A DNA stretch of 64,000 nt, taken from Bacteroidales bacterium. Lineage in GTDB: Bacteria; Bacteroidota; Bacteroidia; Bacteroidales; UBA12077. A model generated the notes under the pieces. It was not told where the DNA came from and did no database searches. It saw only the letters and a program-made list of their open reading frames with translations. The DNA is taken from NCBI GenBank assembly GCA_028282585.1, contig JANQHR010000142.1, positions 13,403 to 77,402 on the forward strand. The letters run 5' to 3'. The translations under genes and the position numbers were made by a program. Shown piece after piece: positions 18,461-28,426 of this stretch (positions are counted from its first letter, which is position 1; each line of letters begins with the position of its first letter).

Positions 18461-19915
18461 TTACATATTTTCAACTTCTTTTACTACTCTTTGAAGTGTA
18501 TCCTTTGCATTACCGAACAACATTCTTGTTTTATCATGATAAAACAAGTTGTTCTCAATTGCAGCATAACCTTTACCCATACCACGCTTTAATACTATAA
18601 TATTTTTTGCTTTCAAAGCTTTTACTATAGGCATTCCATAAATAGGGCTTGAAGGATCTTCTTCCGCAGCAGGATTAACTACATCATTCGCTCCAACTAC
18701 AACTGCCACATCAACGTTATCCATATCTTCATTAGCCTTATCGCTTTCAACTAACTTATCATATGGAACATCAGCTTCAGCTAAAAGAACATTCATATGC
18801 CCGGGCATCCTACCCGCTACTGGATGAATAGCATATTTAACTTCCACTCCTTTTCCTTCTAATAATACATCTAATTCATGTGCTAAGAACTGTGCTTGAG
18901 CAACAGCTAATCCATAACCCGGAATAACAACCACTTTACGCGAATAACTCAACAATATAGCTAAATCTGTTTCAGATATTTCTTTTATGGTCCCTAACTC
19001 ATTTTGAACGGCTTCTCCTCCTCCGCCAAAGGCTCCAATTATTACATTAAATAAGGAGCGGTTCATTGCTTTACACATCAATATGGTAAGGATTGTTCCT
19101 GCCGAGCCTACTAAAATACCGCCTGTTAACATTGCCAGATTTCCATATAAAAATCCAGCCATTGCCGCTGTTACACCAGTAAATGAATTAAGTAGTGAAA
19201 TTACAACTGGCATATCAGCCCCACCAATTGGCATAACAAATAAAACTCCATATAATAATGAAACTCCTAATAAAATAAATACATATGGCATTAAATCTTT
19301 CGGATCTATTCTTCCTTGCATCATTAAAAAAGCAACAAATCCAAAAATCGCTAATAATAAAACCATATTAACATATCTTAGTGATTTAGATCTGATATCT
19401 TTAATAAAACCATCAAGTTTTCCAAATGCGATCATACTACCGGTAAAAGATACGCTACCAATGACTAAACTTAGAAATATAACCAATGTTTGAAAATTTA
19501 GCATTCCATGAAGTTCTATCAATTCCTTATCAATATTGGGAAATTCCATCAGAGCAATAATAGTTGCAACTGCTCCACCCATTCCATTAAAAAATGATAC
19601 TAACTCCGGCATTTTAGTCATCTTTACTTTACGAGCAATAACCAATCCTACAACGAGACCCAGCGTCAATGCTCCAAAAATATAACCCATATTTCCAATC
19701 CTTTGGCCGCCTTGCTTATGTAAAATTAACGTTCCCGCAATTGCTAAAATCATACCTATTGCAGCTATAAAATTACCGCGTCTTGCTGTATCCGGATGGC
19801 TTAACATTTTTAAACCCAATATGAAAAGTACCGCTGCAAAAAGGTATATAATCTCTAAAACTGAATCACCTAAGGTGAACTGTATATTCTTTGTGAATTC
19901 GATTATTTTATCCAT
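18461..19915 (-). CDS. pntB: NAD(P) transhydrogenase subunit beta
   Basis: PIGGADMPVVISLLNS; PGYGLAVAQAQ; IHPVAGRMPGHMNVLLAEA; GANDVVNPAA. Confidence 0.97.
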   Translation of the reverse strand: MDKIIEFTKNIQFTLGDSVLEIIYLFAAVLFILGLKMLSHPDTARRGNFIAAIGMILAIAGTLILHKQGGQRIGNMGYIFGALTLGLVVGLVIARKVKMTKMPELVSFFNGMGGAVATIIALMEFPNIDKELIELHGMLNFQTLVIFLSLVIGSVSFTGSMIAFGKLDGFIKDIRSKSLRYVNMVLLLAIFGFVAFLMMQGRIDPKDLMPYVFILLGVSLLYGVLFVMPIGGADMPVVISLLNSFTGVTAAMAGFLYGNLAMLTGGILVGSAGTILTILMCKAMNRSLFNVIIGAFGGGGEAVQNELGTIKEISETDLAILLSYSRKVVVIPGYGLAVAQAQFLAHELDVLLEGKGVEVKYAIHPVAGRMPGHMNVLLAEADVPYDKLVESDKANEDMDNVDVAVVVGANDVVNPAAEEDPSSPIYGMPIVKALKAKNIIVLKRGMGKGYAAIENNLFYHDKTRMLFGNAKDTLQRVVKEVENM

Positions 19916-19921
19916 AATTCA

Positions 19922-20233
19922 TTAATCTTTTTTAGGTTTCTTTTTGAACATTTCCAACATCCTGTCAGTTACCGCAAATCCTCCTACAACATTAAGTGTT
20001 CCAAGGAAAACTGCTAAAAATCCCATTACAATGCTGAATGTCGATTCTGCATGTCCAAGTATAATAATTGCACCTATTATTACAACTCCACTTAACGCAT
20101 TAGCTCCAGACATTAAAGGTGTATGTAAAACTGCTGGTACGTGCGATATTACCTCTATTCCCAGAAATATGGACAAAATAATTCCGAATATCGTTTCGGA
20201 GTTTACATATATAAATTCAAGAATTGCTTCCAT
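19922..20233 (-). CDS. pntAB: NAD(P) transhydrogenase alpha-2 (membrane part)
   Basis: VPAVLHTPLMSGANALSG...NVVGGFAVTDRMLEMF. Confidence 0.95.
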   Translation of the reverse strand: MEAILEFIYVNSETIFGIILSIFLGIEVISHVPAVLHTPLMSGANALSGVVIIGAIIILGHAESTFSIVMGFLAVFLGTLNVVGGFAVTDRMLEMFKKKPKKD

Positions 20234-20245
20234 TGCTTTTAATTT

Positions 20246-21367
20246 TTATTGATTCGATTTTACTCTTTCACTTATAATTTCACTTTTATGTGTAATGCAA
20301 GTACCTTTTACAACTTCATCTTCAAAATCAAGTTTCAGATTACCTTCTTCATCAATAATCAATTTCATAAAATTAATAAGGTTATTTCCGTACATTTTAC
20401 TTGCATCGGATGGCATTTCACTAGGAAAATTTGAATTTCCTACAATTTTCACATTATTTATTTCAACTATCTCATTATTCTTTGTTAGTTCACAATTACC
20501 GCCTGTTGATGCTGCAAGGTCAATAATTACTGATCCAGATTTCATATTTTCAATTGTATCTTTAGTGATTAAAATTGGAGCCTTTCGTCCAGGAATTTGA
20601 GCAGTTGTAATCACTACATTTGCTTTTTTTGTATGATCCTGTATTAGTTGTTGTTGTTTCTGCTTGTACTCTTCTGTTTGCTCCACCGCATAACCTCCAG
20701 CATTCGCATCATCCTTGGCCCCTTCTACCTCAACGAATTTTCCGCCTAAACTTTCAACTTGCTCTTTTACAGCAGTACGAACATCAAAAGCATCTACCAC
20801 AGCTCCTAGTTTTCTGGCTGTTGCAATCGCCTGCAAACCAGCTACTCCTGCACCTAAAACTAAAATCTTAGAAGGACGAATTGTACCTGCAGCAGACATA
20901 AACATTGGAAAAAACGAAGGTAAATGTTTTGCAGCTTCCAGTACGGCTTTATAACCTGCAATGGTTGCCATGGAAGATAATACGTCCATTGATTGCGCTC
21001 GCGTTATTCTTGGTACCATATCCATACTAAAACTTGTTAATTCATCATCAAGAAACTGTTTTAGTAAATCTTTATTAAACAAAGGCCCATAAGCAGTTAA
21101 AACAGCCTGAGTAGAATTTAAGTTTTTATATTCTGCCTTAGGTGCTGCATTTATACTGAGTATCAGGTCAGCATTGGAGAGGATTTTTCCTCTGTCAACT
21201 ATTTCTGCACCAACATTTTTATATTCTTCATCAGAATAGAAAGATCTTTCACCAGCCCCTTTTTCAAGTATAACAGAAGTTTTTAAATCAATCAGAGTTT
21301 TTACATTTTCAGGTAGTAATGCAACTCTGTTATCAAAGTCAGGTTCCTTTAAAATACCTATAATCAT
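20246..21367 (-). CDS. pntAA: NAD(P) transhydrogenase alpha-1 (soluble dI)
   Basis: PRITRAQSMDVLSS; GAGVAGLQA; GGYA; TAQIPG; DLAASTGGNCE. Confidence 0.96.
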   Translation of the reverse strand: MIIGILKEPDFDNRVALLPENVKTLIDLKTSVILEKGAGERSFYSDEEYKNVGAEIVDRGKILSNADLILSINAAPKAEYKNLNSTQAVLTAYGPLFNKDLLKQFLDDELTSFSMDMVPRITRAQSMDVLSSMATIAGYKAVLEAAKHLPSFFPMFMSAAGTIRPSKILVLGAGVAGLQAIATARKLGAVVDAFDVRTAVKEQVESLGGKFVEVEGAKDDANAGGYAVEQTEEYKQKQQQLIQDHTKKANVVITTAQIPGRKAPILITKDTIENMKSGSVIIDLAASTGGNCELTKNNEIVEINNVKIVGNSNFPSEMPSDASKMYGNNLINFMKLIIDEEGNLKLDFEDEVVKGTCITHKSEIISERVKSNQ

Positions 21368-21629
21368 TTTTAAAATTATTTGAATTTAAGTTTATTATAT
21401 TCGCGTTAAATTTTGTTAATTAAAAGTTTAATACTTGTAAACATTCTCTGATAATATTTGTTCAATGCTATAAAACCTATAAATAGTTGAATAAAAAGAT
21501 TAAAATATATGACTAACAGGCTAATTTAATTATATTTATGCGTATAGTAACATTAAACCTTAACTCCAATAAAGTTAAACAAAATTTAAAGACTTTTTAT
21601 TAAGCATTCTGGCTATTAAATAATTAATC

Positions 21630-24431
21630 ATGGATAAGTACTCTTATATAGGCAATACCGATATTGATACAATTGATAAACTTTACGAACAATATAAATC
21701 TGATCCTGATTCTGTTGATGTCCAATGGAGAAAATTCTTTGAAGGATTTGAATTTGCGCAAAAAAACTTCCCAATAAATAAATCTGCGGGTCAAATACTC
21801 GATAATGAATTTAAAGTAATAAATCTTATCGAAGGTTATAGAAAGCGAGGACATCTTTTTACAAAAACTAATCCTGTAAGAACGAGAAGAAGATACACAC
21901 CTACCTTAGACATTGAAAATTACGGTTTAGAAAAAAGTGATCTGAACAAAATATTTCAAGCTGGGAAAAACATTGGAATAGGACCTGCAACGTTAAAAGA
22001 AATTATTGATCATTTGGAAACAACTTACTGCCAATCGATTGGTGCGGAATATATGTTTATCCGAAATCCTGAAATTATTACTTGGTGGCAAAACAAAATG
22101 GAACCGGCAAAAAACATTCCGACCTTCACCAAAGATGAACGAAAGCACATTTATTATCATTTAAAACAAGCCGTTGGATTTGAAAATTTTATTCACAAAA
22201 AGTTTGTCGGGCAAAAACGTTTCTCATTAGAAGGTGCAGAATCATTAATTCCTGCGTTGGATGCAGTTATTGAAAAAGGAGCTGATCTTGGAATTGAAGA
22301 ATTCATCATTGGAATGTCACACAGGGGAAGACTGAATGTTTTAGCTAATATTCTCGAAAAGCCTGTTGAAGATATTTTTGCAGAATACCTGGGAGAAGAA
22401 TATGATGATGCGATTGCTCTTGGTGATGTCAAATATCATCTTGGGTATGGAAACACTGTAACAACCGATAAAGGTAAAAAAGTGCGGTTAAACTTAGCTC
22501 CTAACCCTTCACATTTAGAAGCTGTTGGTCCTGTTGTACAAGGCATTGCAAAAGCAAAGATTTGGAATAAATACAATCATGATTACGATAAGTTAGCGCC
22601 AATCATTATTCATGGAGATGCTGCAATTGCAAGTCAGGGTGTCGTTTATGAGACTATACAAATGTCTCAACTTAAAGGTTACAGAACAGGAGGTACTATA
22701 CATCTTGTAATTAATAATCAGGTAGGATTTACAACAAATTATTTGGATGGTAGGTCTAGTACTTATTGTACTGATATCGGCAAAGTTACCAAAGCTCCTA
22801 TATTTCATGTCAACGGTGATGATGTTGAAGCTCTGATTTACACCATTCAGTTGGCAATGGAGTACAGATATACTTTCCATACAGATGTTTTTATTGATAT
22901 ACTTTGCTATAGAAAATTTGGACATAATGAAGGCGATGAGCCTCGCTTTACACAACCTTTACTTTATAAAGCCATAAGTAAACATCCTAATCCGAGAGAT
23001 ATTTACGGGAATCATTTGATTGAACAAAACATTTTTACAAAGGATGACTTAAAAAGATTGCAATCGGAGTATAATGAATCTCTTGAAGAAAAATTAGATT
23101 TAGCTAAGAAATCAGAAAAACTTCATATAAAGCAATTTTTAATTGAAGATTGGCAGAAGTATCATTATGCAAAACTTGGAGAGTTTGATGAATCCCCGGA
23201 AACAGGTTTGGATAAAATGGTTCTAAAAGCCATTGCTCACAGGTTAAATCACCCACCGAAAGATTTAAAACTTTTTAAAAAAGCGGAAAAATTACTCAAG
23301 GATCGTAATGAAATGATTAAAAACGAGCAACTAGACTGGGCCATGGCAGAATTATTGGCATATGGAACTCTGGTTAACGAAGGTCACCCCGTTCGTTTAA
23401 GTGGACAGGACTCTGAGCGTGGAACCTTTTCTCACAGACATTCCGCAATTGTTTTAGAAGACTCTGGCAATAAATTTATCCCTTTAAAGCATATTAGCGA
23501 GGGCCAAGCAGACTTCCATGTATTCAACTCTCCGCTATCTGAATATGGAGTATTAGGATTCGAATATGGATACGCAATGGCAATGCCAAACGGACTAAAC
23601 ATTTGGGAAGCTCAGTTTGGCGACTTCTATAATGTTGCACAAGTAGTTATTGATCAATACATTAGTTCTGCAGAAGAAAAATGGGGTTTAATGAACGGAT
23701 TAACTCTTTTCCTCCCTCATGGTTATGAAGGACAAGGACCAGAGCATTCAAGTGCAAGAATAGAACGTTTTTTAATGCTTTGCGCTAATAATAATATGCA
23801 AGTAGCTAACATTACTAATCCAGCTAACTTTTTTCATATACTACGACGACAAGTCCATAGAAATTTTACTGTTCCTTTGATTATTTTCACCCCAAAAAGT
23901 TTACTTCGTCATCCCAGGTGTAAATCAACTTTAAATGAACTAGCTTCTGGCAAATTCCAAGAAGTTATTGATGATGAAGATGTTAACGTGAATGAAGTTA
24001 GAAGGGTAATATTTTGCGCAGGAAAGATGTATTATGATCTGCTTGCTAAAAAAGAAGAATTTGGTGCTAGTGACATTGCCCTGGTTCGAATTGAACAACT
24101 ATATCCCTGGCCTAAAAAACAAATTCAAAAAATTATCTATAAATATTCTAATACAAAAAGATGGATTTGGGCGCAAGAAGAACCTGTAAATATGGGAGCC
24201 TGGAAGTTTGTGAAGGAAAAAATAACAAATGTTAATTTACAAGTAGTTGCAAGGTTGGAAAGCGGCAGCCCCGCTGTTGGATTAAATAAACTTCATATAT
24301 TGGGTCAGGAAGAAATAATTGGAAAAATATTTAGAAAGTGTACCTGTGAACTAAAAAACAAGTATTGTGGTTTACAATGTGAAGTAGGAAGCTCAAGGGT
24401 TGAAATTAAAAAACAACATACTTATCTTTAA
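21630..24431 (+). CDS. sucA: 2-oxoglutarate dehydrogenase E1
   Basis: GQKRFSLEG; GMSHRGRLNVL; GDVKYHLG; NPSHLEAV; HGDAA; WEAQFGDF; LPHGYEGQGPEHSSAR. Confidence 0.97.
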   Translation: MDKYSYIGNTDIDTIDKLYEQYKSDPDSVDVQWRKFFEGFEFAQKNFPINKSAGQILDNEFKVINLIEGYRKRGHLFTKTNPVRTRRRYTPTLDIENYGLEKSDLNKIFQAGKNIGIGPATLKEIIDHLETTYCQSIGAEYMFIRNPEIITWWQNKMEPAKNIPTFTKDERKHIYYHLKQAVGFENFIHKKFVGQKRFSLEGAESLIPALDAVIEKGADLGIEEFIIGMSHRGRLNVLANILEKPVEDIFAEYLGEEYDDAIALGDVKYHLGYGNTVTTDKGKKVRLNLAPNPSHLEAVGPVVQGIAKAKIWNKYNHDYDKLAPIIIHGDAAIASQGVVYETIQMSQLKGYRTGGTIHLVINNQVGFTTNYLDGRSSTYCTDIGKVTKAPIFHVNGDDVEALIYTIQLAMEYRYTFHTDVFIDILCYRKFGHNEGDEPRFTQPLLYKAISKHPNPRDIYGNHLIEQNIFTKDDLKRLQSEYNESLEEKLDLAKKSEKLHIKQFLIEDWQKYHYAKLGEFDESPETGLDKMVLKAIAHRLNHPPKDLKLFKKAEKLLKDRNEMIKNEQLDWAMAELLAYGTLVNEGHPVRLSGQDSERGTFSHRHSAIVLEDSGNKFIPLKHISEGQADFHVFNSPLSEYGVLGFEYGYAMAMPNGLNIWEAQFGDFYNVAQVVIDQYISSAEEKWGLMNGLTLFLPHGYEGQGPEHSSARIERFLMLCANNNMQVANITNPANFFHILRRQVHRNFTVPLIIFTPKSLLRHPRCKSTLNELASGKFQEVIDDEDVNVNEVRRVIFCAGKMYYDLLAKKEEFGASDIALVRIEQLYPWPKKQIQKIIYKYSNTKRWIWAQEEPVNMGAWKFVKEKITNVNLQVVARLESGSPAVGLNKLHILGQEEIIGKIFRKCTCELKNKYCGLQCEVGSSRVEIKKQHTYL

Positions 24432-24562
24432 TTACGAGTAGCGAAATATGTATTATGAGTTAAAATTTATAAGCTAAATGCTATTGGTTTAAGACCTAAA
24501 CTGGAAATTAAAATCATAAAAAAATAAAAGTAAGAAAGACTTAAATATATAAGAAGAATACT

Positions 24563-25798
24563 ATGGTTGAAATCAAAATACCAAGTCCCGGAGAATCAAT
24601 AACAGAAGTTGAAATATCTAACTGGCTGGTTGAAAATGGTGATTATGTAGAAAAAGATCAGGAAATAGCTGAAATAGAATCTGATAAAGCAACGTTACCT
24701 TTAATGGCATCGGAAAATGGCACAATTGAAATCTTAGCAGAAGCCGGCGAAACGATAGAAGTTGGAGCAATTGCATGTAAAATAGATACAAATGGAGTAG
24801 CTTCTTCAAAACCCGCAGAAAACGAAATAGAACCAAACGAAGTTAAAACCAAGAAAAAGGAACATACAAGTCAAGCCGAGCAGGTTAAAGCTGGTTCAGA
24901 GTATCAAAATGTTAAATTATCTCCTGTTGCCAAAAAATTAATGCAAGAGAATAATCTTAGTATCGACGATGTTATCAAAGGTTTAAAACGAATTGGCAAA
25001 AATGAAATTGAACAAGTTTTATCCCAAAAAACTACAGGAATAACTCAAACCAAAAATCCAGAAGTTTCAAGAAAAGTTGAACGTAAAAAGATGACTCAGC
25101 TTCGAAAGAAATTAAGTGAACGTTTAGTTTCAGTTAAGAATGAAACTGCAATGCTTACAACGTTTAACGAAGTTGATATGACCGAAATAATGGCTTTACG
25201 TAATAAATATCAAAAACAATTTATTGAGAAACATAACATTAAGCTGGGATTCATGTCTTTTTTCACAAAGGCTGTTACCATTGCTTTAAAAGCTTTTCCA
25301 ACCATAAATTCACAAATAGATGGTAATGATATAATTTATCCGGATTACACTGATATTGGAATTGCAGTGCAAACTCCAAAAGGATTAATGGTACCTGTAA
25401 TAAGAAATGCAGAAACCATGAATTTAGCAGAACTTGAATCAGAAATTAAACGATTGGCAGACAAAGGTAGAACTGGAAAAGTATCACTCGATGATTTGTC
25501 AGGTGGAACATTTACTATAACAAATGGAGGTGTTTTCGGGTCATTGTTATCAACACCAATTTTAAATCCTCCTCAATCTGCTATTTTGGGAATGCATAAC
25601 ATACAAGAAAGACCAGTTGCAATAAATGGTAAAGTAGAGATAAGGCCGATGATGTACATCGCTCTATCCTATGATCATCGGACTATTGATGGTAAAGATT
25701 CAGTAGGATTCTTAAAAAAAGTTAAAGAGCTACTTGAGTTTCCTTACAAAATGTTATTGGGAGAAAAAAATGCTGATGAATTATTATTAAACGTTTAA
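24563..25798 (+). CDS. sucB: 2-oxoglutarate dehydrogenase E2 (dihydrolipoamide succinyltransferase)
   Basis: Lipoyl motif ESDKAT; [12 protein letters not shown]; [10 protein letters not shown]. Confidence 0.97.
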   Translation: MVEIKIPSPGESITEVEISNWLVENGDYVEKDQEIAEIESDKATLPLMASENGTIEILAEAGETIEVGAIACKIDTNGVASSKPAENEIEPNEVKTKKKEHTSQAEQVKAGSEYQNVKLSPVAKKLMQENNLSIDDVIKGLKRIGKNEIEQVLSQKTTGITQTKNPEVSRKVERKKMTQLRKKLSERLVSVKNETAMLTTFNEVDMTEIMALRNKYQKQFIEKHNIKLGFMSFFTKAVTIALKAFPTINSQIDGNDIIYPDYTDIGIAVQTPKGLMVPVIRNAETMNLAELESEIKRLADKGRTGKVSLDDLSGGTFTITNGGVFGSLLSTPILNPPQSAILGMHNIQERPVAINGKVEIRPMMYIALSYDHRTIDGKDSVGFLKKVKELLEFPYKMLLGEKNADELLLNV

Positions 25799-25908
25799 AT
25801 ATATAAGTTTAATACAACCTTATAAACAAAAGAAGTTCTAAAACCTTTCAGATTTTAAAACCTTTTTTATAAATTTATGTACAATAAAATATTGTATTCA
25901 GAATTAGC

Positions 25909-26529
25909 ATGTTAAAAAGATTTATTTCAATAAGCATATTTCTAATCATTTGCTTTCAAGGGTTTTCTCAGATCCCTGGATTAACTTTCTCAAGTCAAAA
26001 AGATCAACCCGATCTTTACTTAAAAACTAAAACGGTTTGGATTACGGCAACTCCATTCTTTTTTGTCGATCGTAAATTTTCACCCGATCAAGGCTCTACC
26101 TATATTAAAGTTGGAATGTTCGGTGGGAATGTAAAGCCCTATGTTCTGGAAGATTCAGTTGCTTTGCACAATATAAATAATTATAAATTAACACGTATTT
26201 TCGGCATTGCTCAGATGGGCGTTATAGCTCCTCTTTTAGCATATTTACATTTTAATCCCGCAGATCCAACTTCTACCGGTGACGAAGATATTGATAACAG
26301 TATCACTCAGGAGGAACAAACAGGATACCTTGCCGCTGCGATTATTATTTTTTGCACTGGCACCCTTACCTATCACGTTTTTTCAAAGGGATTCTTATTC
26401 GATGCATTGGAAAGGTACAATTATATCTTAAATGGAAGTCCTATTTTTGAAGATGTTTCGTTTAACATGAATCTCCGGTTAGATCCGGTATCACAAACTC
26501 CTCAATTATCGTTAGTCTGGACATTTTAG
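25909..26529 (+). CDS. Exported/membrane hypothetical protein
   Basis: Signal peptide; two hydrophobic segments; aromatic C-terminus LSLVWTF. Confidence 0.6.
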   Translation: MLKRFISISIFLIICFQGFSQIPGLTFSSQKDQPDLYLKTKTVWITATPFFFVDRKFSPDQGSTYIKVGMFGGNVKPYVLEDSVALHNINNYKLTRIFGIAQMGVIAPLLAYLHFNPADPTSTGDEDIDNSITQEEQTGYLAAAIIIFCTGTLTYHVFSKGFLFDALERYNYILNGSPIFEDVSFNMNLRLDPVSQTPQLSLVWTF

Positions 26530-26539
26530 GCAACCTTAT

Positions 26540-27403
26540 ATGACTTGGATACTGTTTGCATTTCTCACAGCCTTATTTCGATCATTAACGGATGTTGCAG
26601 GAAAAATTGGCCTAAAAAACATGGATGAGTATGTAGTTGCCTGGGCGTTAAACTTTTTTGCTCTACCACTGCTCTTGCCTTTACTGTTTTTTATCGAAAT
26701 TCCGGAAATTACACCTGGATTTTGGCTGGCTATATGCGTGAGCGGATCATTAAATATCGCAACAGCCATACTTTACTTAAAAGCAATCAAATCAGCAGAT
26801 CTTTCCCTGGTGATTCCGTTATCCACTTTTACTCCCTTATTTTTATTAATTACCTCTCCAATAATTATAGGTGAATTCCCAAACATATTCGGCTTAATTG
26901 GAATATTTTTAATCGTTTTTGGATCTTATATTCTTAATATTAAAGAAAAAAGGAATGGCTTTTTTGCTCCTTTTAAAGCATTATTGAACAATAAAGGAGC
27001 TCAACTAATGTTATTGGTTGCATTTATTTGGAGTATAAGTTCAAATTTCGATAAAATTGGTTTACAAAACTCATCTCCTGTTTTCTATGGCATAATTGTA
27101 AATGTCTTCATAACAATAGGAGTTACTCCCTTTTTATTGATCAAATCTACAAAAAGTCTCAAGCAAATACCTAAAAATCTAAAATCATTAATACCAGTTG
27201 GGTTATTTCATGGTTTAATGATGATATTTCATATGATTGCTATAAGTATGACACTCGTAGCTTACCTCATATCAATTAAAAGAACCAGCGCAATACTTAG
27301 CGTTTTGTTTGGAGCTCTCATTTTTAAGGAGAAGGGATTACAAGAAAGAATTTTAGGAGCTATTATTATGATCTTAGGCGTTTTGTGTATTACTCTTTTT
27401 TAA
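26540..27403 (+). CDS. EamA/DMT family transporter
   Basis: About 10 TM helices with internal duplication; KAIKSADLSLVIPL; LIFKEK. Confidence 0.9.
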   Translation: MTWILFAFLTALFRSLTDVAGKIGLKNMDEYVVAWALNFFALPLLLPLLFFIEIPEITPGFWLAICVSGSLNIATAILYLKAIKSADLSLVIPLSTFTPLFLLITSPIIIGEFPNIFGLIGIFLIVFGSYILNIKEKRNGFFAPFKALLNNKGAQLMLLVAFIWSISSNFDKIGLQNSSPVFYGIIVNVFITIGVTPFLLIKSTKSLKQIPKNLKSLIPVGLFHGLMMIFHMIAISMTLVAYLISIKRTSAILSVLFGALIFKEKGLQERILGAIIMILGVLCITLF

Positions 27404-27472
27404 ATAATTAATAAAAAGACCTATATATCTTTTATTTTTTTTAGTTAAATTTCTGATCTTAAAAGTTGAGCC

Positions 27473-28030
27473 GTGGAAAATAATCAACTAAATCCTTCCG
27501 AATGGATTAACAAGTACGGTGATTACTTGTATAATTATGCTATAACTCGAACACAATCTCAAGAAATAGCTAAAGACTTAATTCAGGATACGTTTCTATC
27601 CGCATTAAAAGCTAAAAAGACTTTTAAAGGTAATAGTTCGGAACGAACCTGGTTAATTGCAATCCTAAAACGAAAAATAATTGATTATTACAGGAACATT
27701 TCTAAACAGAAAGAAGATAAAACATTAAGTAATAAACCTTTTAGGGATTCAGGCTTTTTTAGTGGTCATTGGTTAGATAACAAAACACCAGCCAACTGGA
27801 ATATTGAAAAATCAATTGAAACTGAAGAACTACTTGAGACCTTAAAATATTGTTTATCTCTTCTACCAGAAAAATTGAAAGCTTGTTTTAACTTAAAAAA
27901 TATGGAAGATGTTCCTAATAAAGAAATTTGTAAGGAATTGGAAATTTCTGAGTCTAATTTATGGGTAATGTTACACAGAGCTCGCTTACAATTAAGAGAA
28001 TGCCTGGAAATAAATTGGTTTAGAAAGTAA
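27473..28030 (+). CDS. ECF sigma factor (GTG start) heading the MNIO cluster
   Basis: AKDLIQDTFLSA...FKGNSSERTWLIAILKRKIIDYYR...EICKELEISESNLWVMLHRARLQLRECLE. Confidence 0.93.
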   Translation: MENNQLNPSEWINKYGDYLYNYAITRTQSQEIAKDLIQDTFLSALKAKKTFKGNSSERTWLIAILKRKIIDYYRNISKQKEDKTLSNKPFRDSGFFSGHWLDNKTPANWNIEKSIETEELLETLKYCLSLLPEKLKACFNLKNMEDVPNKEICKELEISESNLWVMLHRARLQLRECLEINWFRK

Positions 28031-28032
28031 TT

Positions 28033-28332
28033 ATGGTTCATAATCATCACAATAAATTAATAAGAGATAAAATGCCCATGATGATTTCATGTGATGAAGC
28101 AACCTATATTATTTCAAAAAATCAACATCAAAAATTAGGTTTTATAAAGCGGATTCAGCTGAAAATACATTTACTTATGTGTAATTATTGTAGAAGGTAT
28201 GAAAATCAAATTCGATTTATAACCGGAATTATTAATAAACTCAAATTATTTCCGGAAAACAATAATTCTAATTATCGACTGGATAACCAGCAAAAAGAGA
28301 ATCTCCAAAAGGAAATAAGTAAAGCTTCTTAA
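28033..28332 (+). CDS. Soluble zf-HC2 (ZAS) anti-sigma factor
   Basis: ISCDEAT...HLLMCNYC (HxxxCxxC); no TM segment; 2 nt after the sigma stop. Confidence 0.88.
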   Translation: MVHNHHNKLIRDKMPMMISCDEATYIISKNQHQKLGFIKRIQLKIHLLMCNYCRRYENQIRFITGIINKLKLFPENNNSNYRLDNQQKENLQKEISKAS

Positions 28333-28348
28333 AAAAACACTCTTTTCT

Positions 28349-28377
28349 TGTAAGGTATTTTCAAACATTACGTCTAA
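28349..28377 (+). promoter_or_regulatory. Putative ECF promoter TGTAAG-N16-CGTCTAA for the RiPP precursor
   Basis: tgtaag-gtattttcaaacatta-cgtctaa about 50 nt upstream of ATG 28427. Confidence 0.7.
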
Positions 28378-28426
28378 ATCTAAATTGTTATTTTTATTAA
28401 ATCTAAATTAATTTAAGCTAACTGTT

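Noticed and set aside
19922-21367. pntA split as a frameshift or pseudogene
   Set aside because: Three-subunit transhydrogenases (alpha1, alpha2, beta) are well established, and both ORFs have proper starts and ends
21400-21620. TTAA repeats in the pnt-sucA spacer as RprY boxes
   Set aside because: Spacing is irregular and cannot be told apart from the AT-rich background
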